Origin: the human T2T-CHM13v2.0 reference genome, Homo sapiens
Assembly: GCF_009914755.1 (NCBI RefSeq)
Contig: NC_060947.1
DNA length: 64,000 nucleotides
Strand: one strand, 5' to 3'
The position numbers and the translations under genes are program-made. The notes under the pieces are model-generated. The model made no database searches, was not told the origin of the DNA, and saw nothing but the letters and a program-made list of their open reading frames with translations. Positions 27,476-38,870 of the stretch are shown here, one piece after another. Every line of letters begins with the position of its first letter. Position 1 is the first letter of the stretch.

Positions 27476-29662
27476 CTCTAGGCCAGGGCAGATGGGATAT
27501 GACGAATGGACTGCCAGCTGGATACAAGGATGCTCACCAAGCACCAAGTTCTCACAAGTTATTTTATGTGACTTTGCAGGAACTGAGGCATTATATCTGA
27601 GGACACCAGGGGAAAAGTGTGGCATCTCAGGGAAATACAGCCCTGGGCTGTGTCTACACACACCATGAGAGTGCTGATGGGGGCGCAATAGTCTTGAAAA
27701 TGTATAAAGTGTCCAGGAATGGAAGTGCTCTTTGATTCATTATTATTTTCTTCCTTCATATTCCCCTCCCAGAGTCTCCTATCTAGGACATCAGCATTCT
27801 CACACAAGCCTAATGGCTTATCTGAGTAAGCAGGGCTTAGAAATTCACTTTCTTGATACTCAGTCTTGCCTTCTAAACACTCCTTGATCTTGCCTACCTC
27901 TCCCCTTTTCCACATGTCTTTTCCTGTAGGAACACTTTCTCCATTTATTCCTGCCTATCCAATTCTTCCCTATATTTCCTGGACCAGCTAAAGTCCAGTG
28001 TTTCCAGAGACTTTTGAAAGTCAACTTACACTTTTTCCTTCTTCATTCACAAAGCTCTTCTTCCCTGGGCCCTGGTATGTATGCCTTTCTCTCCTACTGT
28101 CTAATAGCACCTCGTAAATTGTCAATGAACTTTTCTAAGGGGTATTCTTGAATTCCCAACTAGATTGTGAGCTTCTGGAAGACAAGGCTATGTCTTTGAT
28201 TGTTGTCTCCCCTACCACAGCCCAGTACTTTAGTTACAGAAAATAATAAATATTTACTGATTGATTGACTTTCCTCTTGTCCACTAGCTTTAGGTTTGGG
28301 GGCCAAATTCTACCCTGGATTTTGAAAAATTCAAACTGTGAACACCACAATGTTATAGAGCATATGAGGTAGTAGCCAGCATGAAGGATGTTTTCTTCCT
28401 GAGAAACAGTGTCAAGGGCTGGAGGAAGAGGGCAAAATAGCAGACTCAGAGGGCAAATAAATTTTGGTATTACTTGGTCACACAAGGTTATACAGGTGTT
28501 TTCTTGTAGGATTTTTCAGAGCCTTTAATAGTCTAATGTTGCATTGAGAATCTCAAAGAGGAAACCATAGAATGAGGCATTTGCCATACCTATCTGATCA
28601 TGAATTTTCTTTTCCCCCACAGCCTTCTCCTGTGTCAATGTCCAATGAAGCACGATTTGGGAAACTGTCCTAGAGAAACTTTATACCTTCCCGCTCTTCT
28701 GGAGATCTTTTCCTCTTTTCATTCATCTACTTTCCCCAACCAGCCATCTGCCTAAGAAAGGTCACATGTTATCATCTCATTTTTGTTTAGCCTCTGCAGC
28801 TGTGGACTATCTTTATTACATAGGAATTCTTTACTAGCTTGTCCTGTATTTAAAAATATTCTAAGTTTTGAGGCAAAGAAGATCCAGATGCTGCAATAAA
28901 TATATGCACTGAGGAGTTCACAGGCCTGACTTTTGGTCTCCTTTCTACCACTAACTGTGTTTTTGTTCCTCTCTGAGCTTCATTTTCTCATCTCCAATAC
29001 GGAAGTATTAGAATCAGTGATCTCTAGGCTCTTTAAGATTAATGACTTTGAGATATCCCTGGGAGTCCTTAGCTCTTATGGAGCAGCGTCCCTGGATGTG
29101 TGGCTCCTTTTACCAGTGAAAATGCAACCAGGATTCTCTTCCCAACACCTAAAACTCACTTTTTCTATGGGTAGTAGGGAAAGATAATGGGTATTTTCAA
29201 AGGCTGTAGGGTCTGGACGCAGAGTTGTTTCATGAAGGAAGTTGGGGTTTCCACTGGGTGGAGGCCCTATTTCAGAGGCTTGTAAGCACGATGGGGAAGA
29301 AAGAGTTGTTCCTTTCGCCAACTAGGAGAAGCTAGCGTCTGGAATGAGGAAAATGTTGAGGTTTTTACCCTGGATTTGGCATGTTGGGTGGCGGTGAAGT
29401 GGAGGACTCCTTTTTGTTACTTTCGTGTACTATTTTGACTTCTGTAATCATTGCAAAAGGGGAGCAGCTCCTTGTGAAACATGAGCTGACCTAGGGGCTG
29501 CATGGGAACCAGAAATAGCAACATGGCAGCTTCCTTGAAGAGTGCAGAAGTTGATTTGACATTAATTACATCGAGAAAATAAAACTGTGTCAACCTGGGT
29601 CAGAACAGGTCCTCACAGCGGAGCCTGATTTAAAGGTGTAGGAACTTATGTACACATACAAA

Positions 29663-29685
29663 CTCTCTCTCTCTCTCTCTGTCGT

Positions 29686-29717
<32 letters not shown>
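29663..29717. repeat. Compound (CT)n-(CA)n microsatellite
   Basis: Direct reading. Confidence 0.9.
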
Positions 29718-29719
<2 letters not shown>

Positions 29720-30233
29720 CTAGCCCTATTCCTCCTTGAAGAGAAAGGCTTTCTTGCTCTTATCCCCACCTCACATTGTAAGAAGGGGCCAGGAGCTAAA
29801 GAAGATAACATATGAAAAATGCAACTACCCCCAGGATTTTAAGATTCAAAGAAGTGGAAATCCTTGGGAGTGGTGCATCCATACTTGGGAAAGAAGGAAA
29901 TCCCTTCATCTCTGCATTCATAGTCCCCTGAGACAGAAAGACTTTTTCTTTCTTAGGCTTCCAGTTGATGTGGGAAGAATCATCCAGGTGGACCTGGCAG
30001 GATGACAGGTTGGGTAATGGAAGCCAGGGGAGTACTGTTTAATCAAGTATTCACTGTTCTCCAGCTGGGCTTACCAGTGGAGTGAAGTAGGAGTGGCATG
30101 TGTGGGAAGGGGAAAGACCAAAAAAGCAAAAGTGACATCCATATTCTCGGGCCCCAGCCATCTTAACTAGTCTCACTTTAATTACTTTTAGTAGGTCCTA
30201 CCATACTGTGAGAGAAGACCAACACAACTGAAG

Positions 30234-30758
30234 TTGCTGTTATGATTAGATATTTATTGAGCACCAGGAGAGAGTCAGAACATTAGACTTATAGTGGAGG
30301 AGCAGAACTGAACCCTGGCCTGTGAAATAACAATTTCAATTAAAAGCTGTCTGGCCCTGAAGAAAGAGAAATGATCCTGGATATAGCTGGTCCTCTGAGC
30401 TGGCAGAGCTGAGCCTCCCTCGGGTCTTCTGGTGGCAAGATGCCAAAGTTGAATAGTGTCTGTAGGCATGATGACCAAGTCCTAGTGCTATGGGCATCTT
30501 CCCTCTGGTATTTAGAGAGGAGTACCAGAAGCCCCCGGCAGAGATACTAGAAGGGCCCAGAGCCAAATCCAGCAGCTGGCTTACTTGAGATGCATCTGGC
30601 AAATTCCAGGGCAAAGCCAGTGACTCCCAGCGGCTCCAGTGTTGGTAGGCGGACACTTTGGGCTATCCAGGAAGAGAGGTAGCAGGGAAGAAGGCCATGC
30701 AGAAGGCAAGGACTGACTAGGCAATTATGTCAGCAGATCCTGGCCTAATGGGGCATTT
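30234..30758 (-). other. VSIG4: VSIG4 3' UTR with AATAAA poly(A) signal
   Basis: Follows the stop codon; plus-strand tttatt at 30253-30258 is AATAAA on minus. The cleavage site is estimated at ~20 nt downstream. Confidence 0.8.
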
Positions 30759-30996
30759 TTAACAGACACTTTTGCCCTCAGTGGCCAGAAACTCATAATC
30801 CAGAGGAACTGTGTCCAGCAGGCGGGCGTAGTTGCCATTGATCTGGGCGATGATCTGGTACTCCTGTCCTATGCAGGGCTCATCAGAGTAGTTGTTGCCC
30901 AGATTCTGGGAAGTTGGCTCATCACTGGAGCAGCCACTTGCGAAGATGGCCACCCTCATGGTTTCTCCAGAGTCGTTGGCCTCTCTGGCATGTGCC
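30759..30996 (-). CDS. VSIG4: VSIG4 exon 8 coding part, cytoplasmic tail (AHAREANDSG...ATEGKSVC*)
   Basis: ccatag|GGCACATGCC acceptor, 238 nt to TAA. Exon sum 55+357+282+63+78+105+22+238 = 1200 nt = 399 aa + stop. Confidence 0.96.
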
Positions 30997-31336
30997 CTAT
31001 GGCCCAAGAGCCCACCACCCATAAGAAGGGACTTGGGGCTGTGGTCCTGGTTTCCCACCCTTCTGCCTCAATTCTTGCCAATTAATTATCAGGATCCTAC
31101 CACCCAGGGATTCTGGAAGCAGAAGGCAGATGGATCTAAATTATCCTTTGTGTTCAGAGGGCCAAAACAACCTCAGAAGGTGCCTGAGAGAGGGAAGGCA
31201 GCTATGTCCTGACCCTGAAGGCCTCCGGCCTTAGGATTGGGTCTGTGCCACACCCCCCTTCCTCCACATTTCCTGCCAGTAATCAAAATTGAGGGCAGGG
31301 ACGGGGTCAAAAATGGAAGAGGAGAGACTTTCTTAC

Positions 31337-31358
31337 CTGGCTGCTTCGTAGACATGCT
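31337..31358 (-). CDS. VSIG4: VSIG4 exon 7, 22-nt microexon (EHVYEAA-R)
   Basis: ttttttctag|AGCATGTCTACGAAGCAGCCAG|gtaaga. Needed to join exon 6 (phase 1) to exon 8 (phase 2). Confidence 0.94.
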
Positions 31359-33520
31359 CTAGAAAAAAAGGAGGAATCATGTCAGAAGTTTTCATGGCAA
31401 GTGGACAAAGGTCAATCATGGATCCTGGGTACCAGTCAAAAGATGAGGGAAGGGTACAGAGGAGGGGATTTTAATATGTCTTAGCTTTCCAACAACTGGG
31501 AGGTATTGGGGAGGTGAATTGAAACACAGAGATGCAAATTTATCAGGTAAAAGAAGGGGAAGCACATTTGGTCACTATCCTTTTTGTCATCTTGGACTCA
31601 GGATATTGGGCTGGAGCAGTTTCTCGGTATGGGTTGGGGGAGGGCACTAGAACTGGACTTGCTCTTTACCCAGGAATCTCCCCCAAGGATCCCCAGAGAG
31701 TCCTTGTGGGAAACTTGACTGTCAGGCCACATACCAGGAAGAAGGGACTGGATTAGCCTGATGCTGATGGCCGTGACCCAAGACATTCCCAAATGCACTC
31801 ACCCCCACTATATACCCAGGAAAAACCATGGTATTGGTTACCATTGCCCCCTAGTGTCTGTGGAGGAGGAGTGTCCTATATTCCGTACAGGCTCAAAGGC
31901 TTAGGTTGGTGCAAAGACAGATATTTCTTTGTACTGCCCTCTAGGTGCTTATAATTTTTCAGGGATGCAACTGGAAATGCAAGCATTAAATGACAACAAA
32001 GTAAACAAGGGAAGCCACAGGACTTCTGCCTTATGGTAGAGCCCTGCATTTCTGTGTCTTACTCGCCCATTGGCCTATGAGCACCTGTACCGCAAGGGTC
32101 GTGTCTTTTTCATCTTAATATGCTCAGCACCTGTCACACAATAGGTGCTCAGTAATTATGTTAAATTAAATTGATGCTCTGAGGCTGTCTCCCTTATACA
32201 GAGATAGGAAAGAGGAATTTTTGGAAATGAGACTAGGTATAAGGAAGTGGTGGGTTGAGAAAATTGGCTAGACCCACATCACAGAGAGCCTTGAATAGAA
32301 TGCTACATTTTGACCTTTATCCCCTGGGCCATAAGAAGCCATGGAAGGTTTTTGAGAGAGAAACAATTTAATGTGGTTACCGCTTATGCCCAGCCTCATC
32401 AAGGCTATATGCAAATGCTTTCATTTTAGTGCCCCTGGGGTTTGTAGTCATGTGCTATCAAGTTCAGCCTCATGGTGATAAACATGCTAACTGGCAAAAG
32501 CCAGAGCTTATAATTGAAACCTGGGAGAAGGAGATACTCAAGGCTCCCTTCTGGTGATGGAAATCCATCAGATCCATGGTAGTAACCAGGCTATTTGGGA
32601 GTAAGAGATACTACAGAGAATAAGACAAATTGATGCTAGGCAACATGACTAGTGCACTGGGCATTGAGAGACAGCTAGTATTTTTTTCTTTTAGAAACAA
32701 GCATCCCAATTTTTTTCCTCCTCGGTTGGTTCATAGTTTTTAAATGGCTCTGACAACTGTGCTGTCATTATGCCACTTCCATGCTTGAAAAATTTGGTAA
32801 ATTTAGTGCCCTTGCAAGGCCTAGTGAAGAAAGTCCAAATTATTTAACCTGGCATTTAAGGCCTTCTATAATCAGGAATAAGCTTTCATTTCCCACTGTA
32901 CTTCCCTGTTGCCCATCTACAGAAATTTTCTTTATTGATGACCCCACTCTCAGTTGTCTTTTAGGCCCTAACAACTATGCTGATGTAGTTCTCTCTTCCT
33001 GAAATACTGTCTCCTTACAACTTGTTTTCATCCTCCAAAATGTGGTCTAAGATATTCTTCCTTCTGAAATCCCTTGCTAATTACCCAAGCCTTAAATTAC
33101 TCTCTTCTCCTCTGGATCCCTTTAGCATTAATTGTCTTCTCTAGTTTTTGAGCTCATAGCCTCTATTGCTATGTATTGTCATTGATAAATTCCATGTTTC
33201 TACCTTGAATCTCCTAAATAAATTGTGAGCAACTTGAGGCCAGGGATTGTGACTTCTCCTTCTCTTGCATCATTACAAGATGACTCGTTAGAAAGATGGC
33301 TGTACTTCACTGAGTACCAAAGCCTAGTGCATTTAGTTCTGTAAGTCTTATGCCATTGTTTGCTCGAACATCTGCCTCCCTGCACCCCAACCTTAACTCC
33401 CAAACTAGGCTGGGAGCTTCTTGAAGTGCCTAACACAATGCCTGATACAGAATTTAGGCTCAAGTATACTGACAGAAAGAACAAATGAGCCAAAGCCACC
33501 TTCTCATATTCATCACTAAC

Positions 33521-33625
33521 CTTGTTGGGATGTCTTCCGACAGAGCATGATATAGGCCATGGTAAAAACCACCATACAGCACAAGGAGATGATGAGGATG
33601 ATGGCAAAGACAGGCAGGCTCTTTC
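33521..33625 (-). CDS. VSIG4: VSIG4 exon 6, transmembrane segment (GKSLPVFAIILIISLCCMVVFTMAYIMLCRKTSQQ)
   Basis: ccctctag|GAAAGAGC acceptor and CAACAAG|gttagt donor, 105 nt; hydrophobic helix followed by RK stop-transfer. Confidence 0.96.
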
Positions 33626-34175
33626 CTAGAGGGTAAAACAAGATCAAGTGGTATTTGATTGAAAATAAGGCCAGAAACAAAAACTCTAAGAAACAGCCTA
33701 GACTAAGCCAGGCCTTTTTCTTTTTCATTTTCCATATTCTCCTAACCTTCTTAGCTAGCCAGAGAGAAAAAACTCCAGTCCCATGAGAAAGACTTGAGAA
33801 AGAGATGCCATGTGTAAACAGGTTCTTCCAGACTCACTGGTGGGCTGATTGGCCTGGGCATTTGAGCTAGTTGTCTATGCTTTCTATAGGGCCAAGACAG
33901 AAGGTTTTCACCTTCCCTTAGAAAAAAGAAAATAATATCCTGACTTTCCAGCTTCACCAAAAATGCTACATACCTTATTAAGATTCTGGTCAGTTACTTC
34001 TAGCCACAAAGATTCTTCCCATCACACGCTCTGGTCAAGTCCCCAGCTTCCTTCTTTCTCAAAACATATTTCCACTGAGCCACTTGAGACACATATTCCC
34101 ATTATGCCTAAAAGCTGAAAGAATCAACTGGACTTGGCTTCCAGTCCTAGATCTGTTATTTACTTTCTGTATGAC

Positions 34176-34547
34176 TATGGTAGGCAGAATAATGGTCCTC
34201 TAAAGATATTCACATCCAAATTCCTGGAACCTGTCAGTATGTTAGTTTACATAGTAAAAAGGAACAGAGATTTGAGAATGCTACATTGTTAGTTTTGAAA
34301 ATGGAGGAAGGGGGCCATGAGCCAAAGAACGTGGGTAGCTTCTAGAAGCCAGAAAAGAAAGACAAGGAAATTAATTCTTCTCCAAACCCTCCAAAGGGAA
34401 CATAGCCTTGCTGACTGACATTTTGATTTTAGCTCAGTGATAATTGTGTCAGACTTATTTCCAGAAGTGGAAGATAATATATTTATGCTGTTTTAAGATA
34501 CTAGGTTTGGGGTAAGTTTTTACAGCAGCCATGGAAAAATGAATACA
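34176..34547 (+). mobile_element. MLT1D-like LTR (internally deleted) in VSIG4 intron 5
   Basis: ggtaggcagaataatgg...aaagatattcacatcc...ggaacctgt ... gcagccatggaaaaatgaataca. Confidence 0.75.
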
Positions 34548-35944
34548 GTGACCTTAGACAAAACTTTGACTGTCACTAGGCCTTAGTTACCCCATAAGTT
34601 CAATGAAAAGATTGGATGATGTCTAAAGCACTTTTAGCTATAATATTCTGAATCTAAGATGCTAGGTCAGGGGGGATAGAGAGGCGTGAGGAAAGGAACC
34701 TCAGTGTACTTAGGATTTGTTGCTGCAACTGGCTTGTTTTCATGAGACTCTAAGATATCGTGTCCTAGGAATCCAGTATTTGTGGTCCTCAGAGTGTCTT
34801 GTTGGGACTGAGAGAGCTCAAGTTATAAGCTGGTACAAATCGAAGAAATATTCTCTTTTGAAGAGAGTCAAGTACTAAAAAACTTGGTAGAGAAAATAGG
34901 GCGCAGACCCAACATCTAATAACTTTGCCCAAGGTTATTTTCTCATTTTTCCAAACCAACTCCCTATGAGGCAATTTCTAACTTCTCTTCTCCCAGTAGA
35001 TGTTCTTCTCGGAGAGGAACGGAGCTATGGAAATCTTGAAGCCAAAGATGGCAATGCAAATGTGGAACATAAAACAGGTTTGAGTGCTGCCAAGGGATAG
35101 CCAAAAAACTCTGCAATCAGGAATGGAGAGTTACAAAGAGCATTTGGAAGTCCACTCTCTCAATTATACACAGGCAGAGAATGAGTACCAGGAGTGATAG
35201 TTATCAAACTATTTAATTCCAACCAGTCACAACAGATGCCTACTGTAGACTTGGAGTCTTAGAGATTCCTTGGTATACCTTTTGTTGCATGACCATGGGG
35301 GTGGTCTAGAGAGTTCTGAGGAATGGGACAAGGCAGCCCCAGGTAATAATGGAGGGCTCAGGGGTTAAGGGGAGCAGCTAATTATCAATTGGTGTGAGAG
35401 TGTTCTATTATTTCAACAGTCAATGTAGTCATGTGAAGGCATACCAACTGACTATCAGATGCAGGTGAAACACAAAAGATTTATTTGGGATTTGAATCTC
35501 TGAGACCCTGACTTGGGAATTTTCAAGGCTTTGGAGGAATCAGAAATCAGCTTCAAGCGGCTTGAAGAGCCCTGGTTAAGAGCTCAAGCAATGACACTCA
35601 GCCATTATCCTTACCTGGTTGAGGTCATGATGTCATAATGTCCCTATCCATATTCTTGCTCAGAATGTTTGGAAAGCATATTACTATGACAACAGAGAAC
35701 TAAATAAAGGGCACATTTATCACTCCCCTTAACCTCACTCTGACTTTGCTCATCTCTGGATCTGTATCTCTCTCTCTACATCCTACCCACTTTACCCATC
35801 CTCAGTGCCCTTGACCATTGCTTGGCACATAGCAGGTAATGATTTGCAGATTTCAATGCTGTAGAACAGTGTGCATAAGGGAAAGTTTTGGTCACAAAGC
35901 TTAGAGTCAAGAAGAAAAGATAGAAATCCTGACAATATTCCTAC

Positions 35945-36022
35945 CTGGCCCAGCACTGGTCTCTCCAAGGTAGCCATCCATGTCAGTGGTCCAGTCCCAG
36001 GACTGCTTCACTGTAGATGTTG
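35945..36022 (-). CDS. VSIG4: VSIG4 exon 5 (stalk ATSTVKQSWDWTTDMDGYLGETSAGP)
   Basis: ttcatag|CAACATCT acceptor and GGCCAG|gtagga donor, 78 nt; peptide lies in ORF 35907..36158. Confidence 0.95.
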
Positions 36023-36545
36023 CTATGAATATAGAGAATAGGGTCAGAGATGTCTCTCTTCTTTCAAAAAGTTGAGAGATAGGAGATGGTTGCAAAGGTT
36101 GGAGTCCTTCCCTGGCCATTTGTGCTGTACTTTCCAGGGTACCTGACCATGTTATCAACCACTAGTACCATGAGATAAGGCATCTTCATTTCTTACTGTT
36201 AGGTGTGGGCAGTGAGAAGAATTCCCATCGAGGGGAGGTAATGTACCCAAAGTCACACAGCAAGTCAAACTAGGAGCAGAATAGAATTTAGTGTTCTTGT
36301 TTTTTGTATTTCCAATGGGAGTAATTCTAACCCTCTCTTTCCTTTTGCCTCAGAAGTTTTCACAAAAAAAGAGTATATATTCATCATTGTTACCTTTCTT
36401 TTGTTTCCATTCCTTTACTGCTATGTTCTCTCTGAGGAACCAAGTGACTGTTTATTAGCCATTCCATGGCATTGTGATTCCTTTCTTGGCTACGATGACA
36501 CCATTTTGAACCTCTACTACTTCCTCAGACTCTAGCAAAACTCAC

Positions 36546-36608
36546 CTTTCAAGGGGTATGTCATGGTTGTAGGTGCCTCAGTCTTGGTCTTGAGTAGCTT
36601 TGAGGAGT
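36546..36608 (-). CDS. VSIG4: VSIG4 exon 4 (stalk DSSKLLKTKTEAPTTMTYPLK)
   Basis: ttgcag|ACTCCTCAAAG...CCCTTGAAAG|gtgagt, 63 nt, phase 1-1. Read directly from the sequence; absent from the ORF track. Confidence 0.95.
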
Positions 36609-36959
36609 CTGCAAGGAAAAGGGAACCGATTGAAGGGACCTGGTACCCTTTGGTGAATAGTTTAATGCCCTAGGGAAATAGGAAGTAAGTAAAGGCCATT
36701 CAGGTCCATACTTGGACCTGCCTCAACACTTCTGTCATGATGCTGGTAAGTCCTGTGTTGCTTGTTCATCTTTCATACATCAATCAAGGACAGAGTTTTT
36801 AACCCAGGATTAATAGATCTCGAAGGAACCTGTAGCTAGAGTTCAGAGAGTCAGTCAACTTGGATGGGAAAATATATTTTATTTTTACTAACTTCTAACT
36901 GAGACCTAGTAATTAATTCTCTTGAGAGAAACTTGGGAAGTATCATAAAGAAAGTGGCA

Positions 36960-37054
36960 ATGGGTGACATCAGTGAAAATGGTGACATAATAACCTCCAG
37001 AAATTTACCCTTTAACAACATCAGTGAAATAATGCAAAATTTGACGTAATCAAC

Positions 37055-37088
<34 letters not shown>

Positions 37089-37620
37089 GCAAAATAGCCA
37101 AAGGTTTGCAGCACCTTAGACAGGATTTATGGAAGAAAAATATCCCAGTTTTGGTAAGAACAGCAAGCTTTGTGCTGTTTTAACTTCTCCTAGTCCCCTT
37201 ACCCCTTCTACCTCAGAGGTAATCTTGAACATACAACCCCATTCCAGGTGCTGGAGTGAGCCCAACAAACTTCATTTTTGAATAATTGCCATTATTTGGC
37301 CTGTCTGGTGGTTCCCTGAAAGACCTGACTCAAAAGACTTGTTTTATTGGTCACCCAGTGCTAAGAGCCTCTCCCCAGGGATGGGGTAGCATTTGTCACA
37401 CAGCTGCCTGAGGCAATGGATAATAGGCGAGAAAACAAAAAAAACTAACCAAAATAGCCTTAAAAATGGTTGAGGAATAAGATTTCCATAGGGATTTTGA
37501 AGAGTTCTGACACAGTTCTGGGAAACTAGGAGGCCACACACAAGCACAGGGCCATGTACCTGCTCAGAAAAGACATGAGAAAACCATAAGCTTCTCCCTC
37601 TTGCTAGCAGAGGAAACAGC
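36960..37620 (+). mobile_element. Old L1M 5'-end fragment
   Basis: gtgacatcagtgaaaatgg start; ggtaagaacagcaagctttgtgctgttttaact; ggcctgtctggtggttccctgaaagacc. Confidence 0.5.
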
Positions 37621-37874
37621 ATGCTCCGTTTTAGATGTGGCGAAACATATTAGTAGATAAGTCTGGATAGGTAGGCTGAAAACAGACTAAAAGGGTTTGG
37701 GCTTTGTTCTTTAGTTGGAAAGATCCATGGGGTGTAACAGAAGGTTACACCTTTTGAGAAAGGTTTACTTCCTTTTGAGAAAGGAAGCAAAAATTGTTCA
37801 GTCTATTTTTTTTGGAAATAATTCTGACAACAGTGTGGTAGGATTTTCAAAGGTAAGGCAATAGCATATTTTCC

Positions 37875-38870
37875 CCATTCATTAACAAATACAGTATTCA
37901 TCTAGTGTCTAGTGTCTTCTTTGTGCCAGATACTTTGCTGGGCTCTGAAAAACAGCAATGAAGTAGACAGGTAGAATTCTGCACTCTTGAATTTTATAAT
38001 CTAGTGACATAAAATATATACTCAATAAATATTGAATAAGTTGATGACTTCGTAAGAATGTATGAACATGGGGAGAACATTTAGAAGATGATTGAAATTG
38101 TTTTTTAAAAAAGAATATGAGACCATGAGGGTATAGGAAGAGAAAGAAAGAGCCTAATAAGGTATCTGATTCAGTAGGTGAATTCACAGCACTTGGTAAT
38201 ATTGATGATTATTTGACGATGCGAGGTAAAAGAGAAGGAGGAGTCAAAGGTACTGCTATGTTTTCTAACAGGTTTGAGGAACAGGTTTGGTGAGTAAAAG
38301 GTACGATCAGTTTTGAACACGCTGAAATTAGAAATGAAGCTGTCCAGAAGGTAACTAGACACTGGGATCTAGCAGTCAGGAAAAAATAAATACAGATAAT
38401 ATTATGGTTGGAGAGTCATCAGACTACAGGTGATATTTGAAGCCACAGAAGTAAATAAAATCTCCTGATAATATAGAAATACATGCAGAGATGAATAAGA
38501 ATTGAGTCTTTGAGAACATTTACAATTAAGGAGTGAATGAAAAAAGAGCCAACAAAGGTGTCTCAGAAGGATCATTCAGGAAGGTCTTAGAAGAACCAAG
38601 ATAAGTTGGTGTCATCAATAGCAGTGATTAAAAGAATATTGAGGTGGAAGAAATGGCCAACAGGATCCACTGCTACACAGATGTTGAGGAGGAAAAGTAT
38701 GAATGGAGAGGTCTTGGGATTTGGTGATATGGAGGTTAATGATGACCCCAAATTACAAAGTTATGTTGTGGTGAATGAATTGAGAGGTTCAGCTGGTGGA
38801 AGCTACCTTCGTGAGAAGGTTGGTAGTGAACATAGGAGAGATGAGGTGGCAGATGGAGAGAAAGATTTTT
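37875..38870 (-). mobile_element. L2 LINE fragments
   Basis: cattcattaacaaat start, tgtgccagatactttgctggg, cagttttgaacacgctgaa, ggagagtcatcag...ggtgatatttgaagccacag. Confidence 0.6.

Larger units (their letters stand above)
23957..28918 (+). ncRNA. MIR223HG: MIR223 host gene / pri-miR-223 (linc-223), spliced; ends approximate
   Basis: Donor CAG|GTATGG at 24047/8. Putative exon 25561-25685 (polypyrimidine...ctcag acceptor, CAG|GTAAGT donor). Strong acceptor tctctctctttccctctag at 27319/20, just before the hairpin. AATAAA at 28245-28250 and 28895-28900. Consistent with the known spliced pri-miR-223 whose TSS is ~3.4 kb upstream of the hairpin. Confidence 0.75.

Noticed and set aside
27130-27600. 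156-aa plus-strand ORF spanning pre-miR-223
   Set aside because: The ATG is upstream of the 27319 acceptor (intronic), I found no upstream exon ATG that splices into this frame, and no domain is recognisable. The sequence is explained by the miRNA hairpin.
27559-27915. 118-aa minus-strand ORF downstream of VSIG4
   Set aside because: Lies beyond the VSIG4 poly(A) signal and antisense to the MIR223 host exon; no recognisable homology or splice support.
30234-30758. miR-223-3p targeting of the neighbouring VSIG4 3' UTR
   Set aside because: A site would appear as GTCAGTT on the plus strand; I found none in the UTR by eye.
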